Shown here: one piece after another, positions 1 through 7,423 of the stretch
How the letters are laid out: every line of letters begins with the position of its first letter
Position numbering within the stretch: the first letter of the stretch is position 1
Origin: Alphaproteobacteria bacterium
GTDB taxonomy: Bacteria; Pseudomonadota; Alphaproteobacteria; GCA-2731375
Length of the DNA: 19,317 nucleotides
Assembly (NCBI GenBank): GCA_965225945.1
Contig: CBDDBZ010000016.1
Location: 1-19,317, forward strand
Reading direction: 5' to 3'
Notes under the pieces: model-generated
What the model was told of the DNA's origin: nothing
Databases searched by the model: none
What the model saw: the letters and a program-made list of their open reading frames with translations, nothing else
Position numbers and translations under genes: made by a program

Positions 1-2
1 TG

Positions 3-218
3 GCGGATGGGCCGGCGGCGGTGGAGGCCGCCTGTGCCGAGGCGCTCGCTGGCGGCGTGTGCAGCGCCGACGTCGTGCTCAACATCCTCAATCGTCGGCG
101 CCAGCCGTCCGAGACGGCGCCGATCCCGACGCCCGCGAACCTGCGTCTTCGCTTTGAGCCGGTGGCCGATTGCACCCGCTACGACCGCTTGAGGGGGGTC
201 GGCCATGGAGCGCCATGA
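3..218 (+). CDS. istA: IS21 transposase IstA, C-terminal fragment (5' end outside the window)
   Basis: The frame is open from base 3 and reads [35 protein letters not shown]...[14 protein letters not shown], typical of an IstA C-terminus. It overlaps the istB start. Confidence 0.85.
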   Translation, partial: ADGPAAVEAACAEALAGGVCSADVVLNILNRRRQPSETAPIPTPANLRLRFEPVADCTRYDRLRGVGHGAP

Positions 219-933
219 GGTCCTGGAGATGATGGCCGCACTCAAGCTCGCCGGCATGCGCGACGCGTTCGACGAGGTGCTCGCCGACGGCCTCAAGCGC
301 CAGCATCCGATGCAGCGAATCATCGGCGAGCTGTTGAAGGCCGAGATCGCCGACAAGCAGGCGCGATCCATCAAGTACCAGATGAGTGGCGCCAAGCTGC
401 CGCTGGCCAAGGAGCTGGCCGACTTCGACTTCACCGACACCCCGGTCAACGAGCCGCTGGTCCGCGAGTTGGCGGTCGGCGGCTTCCTGGCCAACCAGCG
501 CAACGCCGTGCTGATCGGCGGCACCGGCACCGGCAAGAGCCATCTCGCCGTCGCCATCGCGCGGGCCTGCATCCGCGATGGCGCCCGGGGCCGCTTCTTC
601 AACGTCGTCGACCTGGTCAACCGGCTCGAGGCCGAAGCCCGCGCCGGCCGTCAGGGCCGGCTCGCCGATCAGCTGGCCCGGCGCGACCTCGTCATCCTCG
701 ACGAGCTCGGCTACCTGCCCTTCGCCCAAACCGGAGGCCAGCTGCTGTTCCACCTCGTCAGCCGGCTCTACGAGCGCACCTCGATCATCGTCACCACCAA
801 CCTGACCTTCGGCGAATGGCCGTCCGTCTTCGGCGACGCCAAGATGACCACCGCGCTCCTCGATCGTCTGACGCACCACTGCGAGATCATCGAGACCGGA
901 AACGACTCCTGGCGCTTCAAGAATCGGTCCTAA
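205..933 (+). CDS. istB: IS21 helper AAA+ ATPase IstB
   Basis: 242 aa with Walker A GGTGTGKS, Walker [12 protein letters not shown], and the IstB motifs TTNLTFGEW and ALLDRLTHH. Confidence 0.95.
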   Translation: MERHEVLEMMAALKLAGMRDAFDEVLADGLKRQHPMQRIIGELLKAEIADKQARSIKYQMSGAKLPLAKELADFDFTDTPVNEPLVRELAVGGFLANQRNAVLIGGTGTGKSHLAVAIARACIRDGARGRFFNVVDLVNRLEAEARAGRQGRLADQLARRDLVILDELGYLPFAQTGGQLLFHLVSRLYERTSIIVTTNLTFGEWPSVFGDAKMTTALLDRLTHHCEIIETGNDSWRFKNRS

Positions 934-1085
934 AGGCAACCGATCCACCTGCCGCCCGGTCGCCCAGGTGGGCCCACAGGAACCTCCCACGCGCGGTCCG
1001 CCGCCAGCCGCGTGGTGGGCGCGTCGGCCCGCGCGCGGGCCCCTCCTATGGACTACCTGTACGACCTCCGCCGTGCATCCCCAAA

Positions 1086-1136
1086 GGGGTCAACATTGCA
1101 CGCCGATAGGGGGTCAATGTTCAACGCCGATTGACA
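1086..1136 (+). repeat. IS21 right end with two tandem transposase-binding repeats
   Basis: GGGGTCAACATTGCACGCCGAT (1086-1107) and GGGGTCAATGTTCAACGCCGAT (1110-1131) match at 18/22 and are followed by the terminal TGACA. Confidence 0.85.
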
Positions 1137-1642
1137 TGCTGACCCGCATGCCAGCGCTACGCCCGGCGCTGTCGCCGCTCTTGGAGACGCTCGCCGCCCT
1201 GGAGGAGGAACTGGCCAAGCTGAAGAAGAGCCTCGAGGTACGCGCCGCCCGGGACCCGCTCACCCGGCGCCTGATGACGGCGCCCGGCGTCGGTCCGCAC
1301 CTGGCGTTGGTCTACAGATGCACGATCGAGGATCCGGGGCGCTTCGCCCGCTCGGGCGACGTCGGCGCCTATATCGGCTTCACGCCGAGGCGCTATCAAT
1401 CCGGCGAGGTCGATCTCGTCGGCCACATCCCGAGGGCGGGCGACGCCATGTTGCGCCATGCCCTCTACGAGGGAGCCAACGCGGTGCTCGGGCCCCTGAA
1501 ACGCCCTTGCGCGCTCAGGACCTGGGGCCTCGCCTTGCAGGAACGCAAGGCGGCCAAGCGGGCCCGGGTCGCCGTCGCCAGAAAGCTCGCCGTCCTGCTG
1601 CACCGCCTGTGGCAGGACGAGACCGACTTTCGTTGGGCCTAG
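1137..1642 (+). pseudogene. IS110/IS1111-family transposase, C-terminal part, cut off by the IS21 insertion
   Basis: Transposase_20-type motifs: LMTAPGVG, DPGRF, AYIGFTPRRYQSG (catalytic-Ser motif), GDAMLRHALYEGA, ARVAVARKLAVLLHRLW. The N-terminal DEDD/RuvC domain is missing, and the frame abuts the IS21 end. Confidence 0.88.
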
Positions 1643-1819
1643 GCGTCGGGCCGGCGGGCCCTAGGCCCGCTTCCGCCTGCTTGCCGCAGCCTGACGGGGA
1701 AGGGTGATCTCGCCTATACTGTCGCGGCATCGACCGCGTTGGGGACATCAAAGACACCCTTCTTCCTCTGACCGCCATCCTGAGGCGCCGGCAACTCCAG
1801 CCCCCCATGGCAAGGCCGG
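1641..1819 (+). ncRNA. Candidate IS110/IS1111 bridge (seek) RNA: 5' hairpin plus target-binding-loop-like structure; 3' boundary uncertain
   Basis: It lies directly downstream of the transposase stop. Hairpin GCGGGCC/GGCCCGC at 1654-1670. Stem GAAGGGTG (1699-1706)/CACCCTTC (1755-1762) closes an internal loop topped by hairpin GTCG-cggcat-CGAC (1721-1734). Folded by eye only. Confidence 0.55.
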
Positions 1820-1884
1820 GTAGACAACCGAAGATGCGGCAAGGCGGAATTCCATCCGGAGAGGACAAAACTCGACTGGACAAC
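1820..1884. repeat. 65-bp direct repeat, copy 1
   Basis: 55/65 identical to 2001-2065 without gaps, with a perfect 29-bp core GACAACCGAAGATGCGGCAAGGCGGAATT. Confidence 0.9.
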
Positions 1885-2000
1885 CGGAACTCGAACACTC
1901 GAGCCTGATGGCACCAATCCTTCTCACCTTCAATGGTGAGCGAGGCGCCATGAGAAGCATGGGGAAGAGTAGAACCCAAAACCGAAAAACGGGGGACCCC

Positions 2001-2065
2001 GTGGACAACCGAAGATGCGGCAAGGCGGAATTATTTCCTGAAAGGACAGAACTCAATTAGACAAC
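2001..2065. repeat. 65-bp direct repeat, copy 2
   Basis: Matches 1820-1884 at a period of 181 bp. Each copy has TRGACAAC at both ends. Confidence 0.9.
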
Positions 2066-2120
2066 ACAATACCTATCTTCCGTACCCTCGTGACGAGGAT
2101 GGGTATTGCGTCCCCATAAC
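2064..2120. repeat. REP/REPIN-like inverted-repeat unit 1
   Basis: ACACAATACCTATC (2064-2077) is an imperfect inverted repeat of GATGGGTATTGCGT (2098-2111). Both arms resemble those of unit 2. Confidence 0.6.
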
Positions 2121-2146
2121 TATGTTTCGGTGACACAATACTTATC

Positions 2147-3742
2147 GTAACTGCCCAGGTACATGGTGGCCTTTTAGGCGGCGTGGAGACGCTCGATCAG
2201 GGTTTCGGGATTTTCCATGAGCGCCTGGATGATGTTCCAGCCCTGTTTTCTGGCGGTCGAGATGAAGCCACGGACGGTGGCAAAGTCTTCGGCGCCTTTC
2301 TGGCTGCGGAAGCCGCCGGAGATTTTCTGCTTGACCTTCATCATGCGCCCGTCCTGCTCGGCCTGATTGTTGGTGAACGGCACGGCGAAATTGATGAGGA
2401 AGCGCAGCGCGTCTTCCTTGTGTGTCTGAAGGCGCCGGAGAAGGTTGTGCCCGGTGCGGCGCGGCTTGCTTCCCCGGCGCTTGGCCTTGCTCGATCTGGG
2501 CGCAAGAGGAGGTTGTGCCTCGTGAAAGGCGATGCCCTCGGCCGTGATCGCGTCGTAACACCCTCGGAAGCGCTCGACGAGGCCTGGTTTCAGCGCCACG
2601 CCCCGCTCCCGGGCGAGATTTACCGCGTGGCAGGCGCGGCGCAATAGTCTCTGCATCTTGCGTGCCCAGCCCTCCTTCTCGATCTCGATCAGGGCTTGCA
2701 ACTCGCGCAGGTGATGGGCGTTGCACAGCGCGTGCCGTACGCCCTCCATCGTAAAGTACGGCTTCCAGTGGTCATGGACGACGATGCCGCCGACTCCGCC
2801 GAGCAGGCTGCCGCGTCGCTCCGAGACCCGATAGAAGGTCAACCGCGCGGTCGAGGCGACGTGCAACCATTGGGTCCGCCCGGCGATCCGCAAGCCGGTC
2901 TCGTCCATGTGCTTGACCGGCGCCGATTTCACCAGTTCGCGGATCACATCGACGACGCCTTGGACGGACTCGGCGCTGTTCCCGCCCCTCCGCGCGAGGC
3001 TCGCCGGAGACAGTTCCGCCCCGAACAGATCCTTCATCAATTCAGCCAGGCGGTCCTCGGGCAGGAGTTGGTAGTGCGACAGGTAGACCACCATGGCTCC
3101 GATCCGAGCGCCGTATTGAACCGGGCCGGTGATGGCGACGGGAAAAGAAGCCCGAGTGTACGTGCCGCAATGCCCGCAACGGCAGCGATGCGCCCGATGC
3201 TCCGTGACCACCAGGGGCCGGGGCTCGGGTAGATCGAAAACCTGGCGGGCCCCATGGCCGGTAGCCATATCCGGCGTCAATCCCGAACCACACCACTGGC
3301 ACGTCTCGGGATAATGGTCGACGGTGGCGTCGGGATCGGCGACTTGGCGCAGGGTCTCGCCCTTGTGGCCCTTTTGCCCGCCCGGCTTGCGGGCCGATTT
3401 CTTACGGAGGCTCCTGGTGCGCTTCTTTTTACCCGCCGGTGGCTTGTTCAATCCATCGCTCGACGGTGGCTTGCCGCTGTTCGTGCTGTTCAGGCCAAGC
3501 CGGCGCTCGAGTTCACCAAGCCGGAGTTCGAACTCGGCGAGCCGCGACCCTTGGGCCAGCACCACATCGATCAGCTCGTCTTTCGACAAAAAGGCAAGAA
3601 CATCCCTATCCATCGAATCCTTAGAATCGACCAACCACGCTCTGTCAAACGAAATCTAGGCCGTCAGCGCCCCAAACCCACAAAATCTGCCCCCAGAGAC
3701 CCAATCCGCAGCCTCATCGAAATCAGCTACCTGGGCTGTTAC
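2147..3742 (-). mobile_element. Complete IS66-family element, single-ORF (ISBst12-like) type, 1596 bp
   Basis: Terminal inverted repeats GTAACTGCCCAGGTA and GTAACAGCCCAGGTA (14/15, GTAA ends). Perfect 8-bp target duplication TACTTATC at 2139-2146 and 3743-3750. No tnpA or tnpB ORFs. Confidence 0.95.
2174..3634 (-). CDS. IS66-family DDE transposase (TnpC type); the start may be the ATG at 3613
   Basis: Motifs NSTNSGKPPSSDG, KPGGQKGHKG, zinc-finger cysteines (CQWCG, CGHCG), HMDETG, VHDHW, LCNAHHLREL and PFTNNQAEQDGR. Confidence 0.95.
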   Translation of the reverse strand: MVDSKDSMDRDVLAFLSKDELIDVVLAQGSRLAEFELRLGELERRLGLNSTNSGKPPSSDGLNKPPAGKKKRTRSLRKKSARKPGGQKGHKGETLRQVADPDATVDHYPETCQWCGSGLTPDMATGHGARQVFDLPEPRPLVVTEHRAHRCRCGHCGTYTRASFPVAITGPVQYGARIGAMVVYLSHYQLLPEDRLAELMKDLFGAELSPASLARRGGNSAESVQGVVDVIRELVKSAPVKHMDETGLRIAGRTQWLHVASTARLTFYRVSERRGSLLGGVGGIVVHDHWKPYFTMEGVRHALCNAHHLRELQALIEIEKEGWARKMQRLLRRACHAVNLARERGVALKPGLVERFRGCYDAITAEGIAFHEAQPPLAPRSSKAKRRGSKPRRTGHNLLRRLQTHKEDALRFLINFAVPFTNNQAEQDGRMMKVKQKISGGFRSQKGAEDFATVRGFISTARKQGWNIIQALMENPETLIERLHAA

Positions 3743-3946
3743 TACTTATCTTCCATGGTGGGGGGCCGCTGAAAGCCCGCCTCGGGTCGAACAATTTATC
3801 CCCGTAAGGCAGGTCGGATGTCTCGTTCCGGCGACGAGGATAAGTATTGTGTCCCTGTAACCTTAGGTGGAGCGCGCGGAGCGAAGCGCGGCAAGCCCGG
3901 CCCGGCTGGACGAGCCGCTTCGCCGGCCGCGCCCGAGCCGGGCTCG

Positions 3947-4613
3947 CTATTCCAGCGAAATTCGCAAGCCGGCGGCCGCCGCCCAGGGCGCCAGCGCGAT
4001 CGAGCCCAGGAGGCCGGCGCCGAGCAGCAGCAGGTGCGGGCGAGGCGAAAGCTCGAGGATCGCCGCCTCCGAGGCCGCGACGCCGAAGATCAGCACCGGC
4101 AGGTAGAGCGGCAGGACCAAAAGGCTCAACAGCACGCCGCCGCGGCGCATGCCGACGGTCAGCGCCGCGCCGATCGCCCCCACCAGGCTCAGGATCGGCG
4201 TGCCGAGCCCCATCGCCATGACGAGGACCACGAGGCCCGCCGGGTCCATTTGCAAGGCGAGCGCCAGCACCGGGGCGGCGACGATCAGCGGCAGACCGGA
4301 GCTCAGCCAATGGGCCAGCGCCTTGGCCAGCACGACGAGCTCCAGCGGCGGGCCGGCCAGCGCCAGGAGCTCCAGGCCGCCGTCCTCCCAGTCCGCCTGG
4401 AACATGCGATCCAGTGCGATCAAGGTCGCCAGCAGCGCCGCGACCCAGACCACGCCCGAGGCGATCCGGGCCAGCACCACAGCCTCCGGCCCGACGCCCA
4501 GGGGGAAAGAGCGTCACGGTCATGACGAAGAACGCCACCACCAGCAAGGTGGCGCCGCCTTGGCGACGGGCGATCAGCAAGTCTCGGGCGACGATGGCGA
4601 GGAGTGCGTCCAT
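3947..4613 (-). CDS. ccmB: Heme exporter permease CcmB, frameshifted as assembled (one extra base in G5 at 4501-4505)
   Basis: The N-terminus MDALLAIVARDL...FFVMTVTLFP joins LGVGPE...VVWVAALLA...DRMFQADWEDGGLELL...LLVLPLYLPVLIFG once one base is removed, giving 221 aa. The ATG overlaps the ccmA stop (TGATG). Confidence 0.9.
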
Positions 4614-5221
4614 CACCTGGCCCCGAGTTCCAGCACGTCGGCCTGGGCGAGATCGAGCCCGACGTGGGTCGCGACGATCGCCATGCCGCCGCCTGCCCGG
4701 TGCGCCTCGATGGCGGCGGTGATGCGCGCGACGCCGTCCTCGTCGAGCGACACCGCCGGCTCGTCCAACAGCCAGAGCGGCGCCTCGCCCAACAGCGGGC
4801 GCGCCAGGGCGACGCGCTTGCGCTGCCCGGCGGAGAGACGCTGGGTCGCCACGTCGGCCAACCGATCGATCGCCAGCGCCCGCATCGCCTCGTCGAGGCC
4901 GCCCGGGCGGCCGCCTAGGCGCGCCCAGAAGGCGAGATTTTCGCGCACCGTCAGCAGCGCCTTCACCGCGTCCGCATGGCCGACGAAGGCGAGCCGGCGG
5001 CGCTGCGCCTCGACATCGGCGAACACGTCCTCGCCGTCCCAGGCGAGCCTGCCGTCCTCCGGTCTGAGCAGCGTCGCGATAAGCCGCAGCAGGGTGCTCT
5101 TGCCGCTGCCGTTGGGGCCGCGCAGGATCAGCGCGCCGCCGGCCGCCAGCTCGAAACTAAGATCGCGCAAGACGAGACGCTCGCCCCGGCGGCAGGCCAG
5201 CCCCCGCGCCGCCAGTGCCAC
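4613..5221 (-). CDS. ccmA: Heme ABC exporter ATP-binding protein CcmA
   Basis: 202 aa with LACRRGER, GPNGSGKS, GHADAVK, LSAGQRKRVALAR and WLLDEP. It lies directly upstream of ccmB and has a GGGGGAG ribosome-binding site. Confidence 0.93.
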   Translation of the reverse strand: MALAARGLACRRGERLVLRDLSFELAAGGALILRGPNGSGKSTLLRLIATLLRPEDGRLAWDGEDVFADVEAQRRRLAFVGHADAVKALLTVRENLAFWARLGGRPGGLDEAMRALAIDRLADVATQRLSAGQRKRVALARPLLGEAPLWLLDEPAVSLDEDGVARITAAIEAHRAGGGMAIVATHVGLDLAQADVLELGAR

Positions 5222-5236
5222 GGCCGCTCACTCCCC

Positions 5237-6478
5237 CTAGTCGAGCTTGCGCGCGTCGTCGACCACGCGCCCGTCGTCCGCCAGCTCGTCCGCGGGCACG
5301 AAGGCGACGGCGCCGCGAAGCTTCAGCACGCTCTGGATCGAGAGCTCGATGGCGCCGCGCAATTCCTCGCTCTCTTGGCCCACCGCGACCTGGAGCGTCA
5401 TCCGGTCGACGCTGTCCGGGTTCTCCAGCACGAGGCGCGCCTTGGTGATCTCGGGGTGGCGGCGCGCGATGTCCCCCACGTTCGAGGGATGCACGAACAT
5501 GCCCTTGAACTTGGCCGACTGATCGGCCCGGCCCAACCAGCCCTTGATCCGGAGGTTGGTCCGCCCGCAGGGACTCGGGCCCGGGAGAAATTGCGAGAGG
5601 TCGCCGGTGCCGTAGCGGATCAGCGGGTAGACGGAATTGAAGGTGGTGACCACGACCTCGCCGACCTCGCCCTCGCCCACCGGCCGGGTGCCGCCGGGCT
5701 CGACCAATTCGAAATAGATGCCTTCATCGACGATCATGCCTTCGCGCGCCGAGCTCTCGAAAGCGATCAGGCCGACGTCGGCGGTGCCGTAGCTGTTGGC
5801 GACCTCGATGCCGCGGGCCGACAGCAGCTCGCGCACCGCCGGCGTCAGCGCCTCGGCGCCGACCACGCCTACTTGAATCGAGGAGGTGTCGATTCCCATC
5901 TCGTCGCCCTTCTCCACCAGAATTCGGAGGAAGGAGGGCGTGCCGACATAGCTCCGGGGGCGGATCCGGCCGATCGCCTGGAGCTGGATCTCGGTGTTGC
6001 CGACGCCGCCCGGAAACACGGTGCAGCCGATGGCGTGGGCCGAGTTTTCGACCATCGCGCCGGCTGGCGTCAGATGATAGGCGAAGGTGTTGTGGACGAT
6101 GTCGCCCGGCCGCATCCCGGCGGCCCACAGGCAGCGGGCGAAACGGCCGAAATCCTCGGCCCCGCCGCCGGGTTCGTAGACCGGTCCCGGCGACATGAAG
6201 ATCTGCGCGATAGGGCCCGTGTCGCGCGCGGCGAGGCCGCCGAAGGGAGGGGCCGCCTGTTGTGCTTCGACGATGTCCGGCTTGCGGGTGACGGGAAGTG
6301 CCGCCAGCGCGTCGAGATCGCCGATATCTTCCGCCGCGACGTCGCCAAGCAGGGCGCCGAAGAATTCGGTATTGGCCTTGGCATGGGCGATCTGGCGGCG
6401 CAGCGCGACGAGCTGTTCGGCGCGGCGCGCCTCGGGTTCGCGGGTCTCGAGCGCGTCGTAATGCTCGTCGTGGACCAT
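5237..6478 (-). CDS. Phenylacetate-CoA ligase (PaaK)-like AMP-binding protein
   Basis: Motifs LAALPVTRK, FMSPGPVYEP, YVGTPSFL, SYGTADVG, PLIRYGTGDLS and GRADQSAKFKGMFVHP. ATG 6478 chosen because GGAGG precedes it (413 aa). Confidence 0.85.
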   Translation of the reverse strand: MVHDEHYDALETREPEARRAEQLVALRRQIAHAKANTEFFGALLGDVAAEDIGDLDALAALPVTRKPDIVEAQQAAPPFGGLAARDTGPIAQIFMSPGPVYEPGGGAEDFGRFARCLWAAGMRPGDIVHNTFAYHLTPAGAMVENSAHAIGCTVFPGGVGNTEIQLQAIGRIRPRSYVGTPSFLRILVEKGDEMGIDTSSIQVGVVGAEALTPAVRELLSARGIEVANSYGTADVGLIAFESSAREGMIVDEGIYFELVEPGGTRPVGEGEVGEVVVTTFNSVYPLIRYGTGDLSQFLPGPSPCGRTNLRIKGWLGRADQSAKFKGMFVHPSNVGDIARRHPEITKARLVLENPDSVDRMTLQVAVGQESEELRGAIELSIQSVLKLRGAVAFVPADELADDGRVVDDARKLD

Positions 6479-6564
6479 CGGCGCGGGACCTCCCTCGATG
6501 TCTTCAAAAGGAAAAGGCGGCGGCCCCGGTACGGCCCCTGGGCCCGGCCCCGGCGGCTTCGACC

Positions 6565-7378
6565 TCAGGCGAGCCAACGCTTGCGGCGGCGGTAGTGCTT
6601 GAGGTCGCGGAAGCTGGTCTTATCGCCACCGCTGAAGCCGAGGTAGAACTCCTTGACGTCCTCGTTGTTCGCCAGCGACTCGGCGGCGCCGTCGAGCACC
6701 ACGCGGCCGTTCTCCAGCACATAGCCATAGTCGGAATAGCGTAGCGCCACCGTGGCGTTCTGCTCCGCCAGGAGGAAACTCACGCCTTCCTCCTTGTTGA
6801 GCCGGGCGACGATCTCGAAGATCTCCACCACGAGCTGCGGCGCCAGACCCAACGAGGGCTCGTCGAGCAGGATCAGCTTCGGCTTGGCCATGAGCGCGCG
6901 GCCGATCGCCGTCATCTGCTGCTCGCCACCGGAGATGTAGCCGGCGAGCGAGCCGCGGCGCTTCTCGAGCCTGGGGAAATAGCCGTAGACCATCTCCAGG
7001 TCCCCGCTGCACGGCGGCCCGCCCGTCGCGACGGGTATAGGCGCCGGTCAACAGGTTCTCGTCGACGGTCAGATGCTCGAAGCAATGGCGCCCCTCCATC
7101 ACCTGGGTGACGCCGCGCTTGACCAATACCGAGGGGTTGAGGGCCTGGACTTCGCCGCCTTCGTAGATGATGGAGCCCTTGGTGACCTCCCCCCTCTCGG
7201 CGCCCAGGAGATTGGAGATCGCCTTCAAGGTGGTGGTCTTGCCCGCGCCGTTGGCGCCGAGGACGGCGACGACGCCGCCCTCGGGCACCTGGAGCGACAC
7301 GCCACGCAACACCAGGATCACATGGTCGTAGATGACCTCGATGTTGTTGACGACGAGGAGATTTTCCCTCTCGCTCAC
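6565..7378 (-). CDS. LivF-like ABC ATP-binding protein, frameshifted as assembled (one extra base in C4 at 7002-7005)
   Basis: Walker A GANGAGKT lies in ORF 6620-7378; ISGGEQQM, LLDEPSLGLAP and the C-terminus HYRRRKRWLA lie in ORF 6565-6993. Removing one base gives a continuous 270-aa protein. Confidence 0.9.
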
Positions 7379-7423
7379 GGCATTCCCTACCGGGTTACTC
7401 GACTAGACGTGGAACCGGACGGC

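Larger units (their letters stand above)
1..1136 (+). mobile_element. IS21-family insertion sequence, right part only (left end is outside the window)
   Basis: An istA C-terminus overlaps an istB ATPase gene. The element ends ...GCCGATTGACA at 1136 (IS21 ends are TG...CA) after two 22-bp imperfect repeats. Confidence 0.9.
2132..3861. repeat. REP/REPIN-like inverted-repeat unit 2, split by IS66
   Basis: GACACAATACTTATC (2132-2146) is the exact reverse complement of GATAAGTATTGTGTC (3839-3853). With the IS66 and one duplication copy removed, the arms are 88 bp apart. Confidence 0.65.

Noticed and set aside
968-1642. 224-aa ORF read as an intact gene
   Set aside because: Its first 56 codons or so are the non-coding IS21 right end. 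Only the part after 1136 resembles an IS110 transposase.
1740-1746. Loop sequence TGGGGAC is complementary to GTCCCCA (2110-2116) of the REP-like unit, suggesting the IS110 targets that repeat
   Set aside because: The match is only 7 nt, and the other loop strand (CGCCTATACT) does not match the adjacent repeat sequence as a bridge-RNA model would require.
1782-1949. GAGGCGCC at 1782-1789 and 1942-1949 as the target duplication of a 152-bp insert
   Set aside because: An 8-bp GC-rich match is plausible by chance, and the enclosed segment has no terminal inverted repeats.
1515-2056. Short minus-strand ORFs, two of which share the peptide NSALPHLRLS
   Set aside because: The shared peptide is only the 65-bp DNA repeat read in different frames, and the ORFs show no protein family features.
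1820-2065. The repeat pair as a CRISPR array, TIGR array or integron attC sites
   Set aside because: There are only two copies, and the 65-bp unit and 116-bp spacer do not fit those arrays. There is no RYYYAAC...GTTRRRY attC structure and no cas or integrase gene nearby.
6479-6564. GC-rich repeats followed by CTTTTCCTTTT on the minus strand as an internal terminator
   Set aside because: The GGGGCCG motifs are direct repeats, and no strong stem sits directly before the U-rich run.
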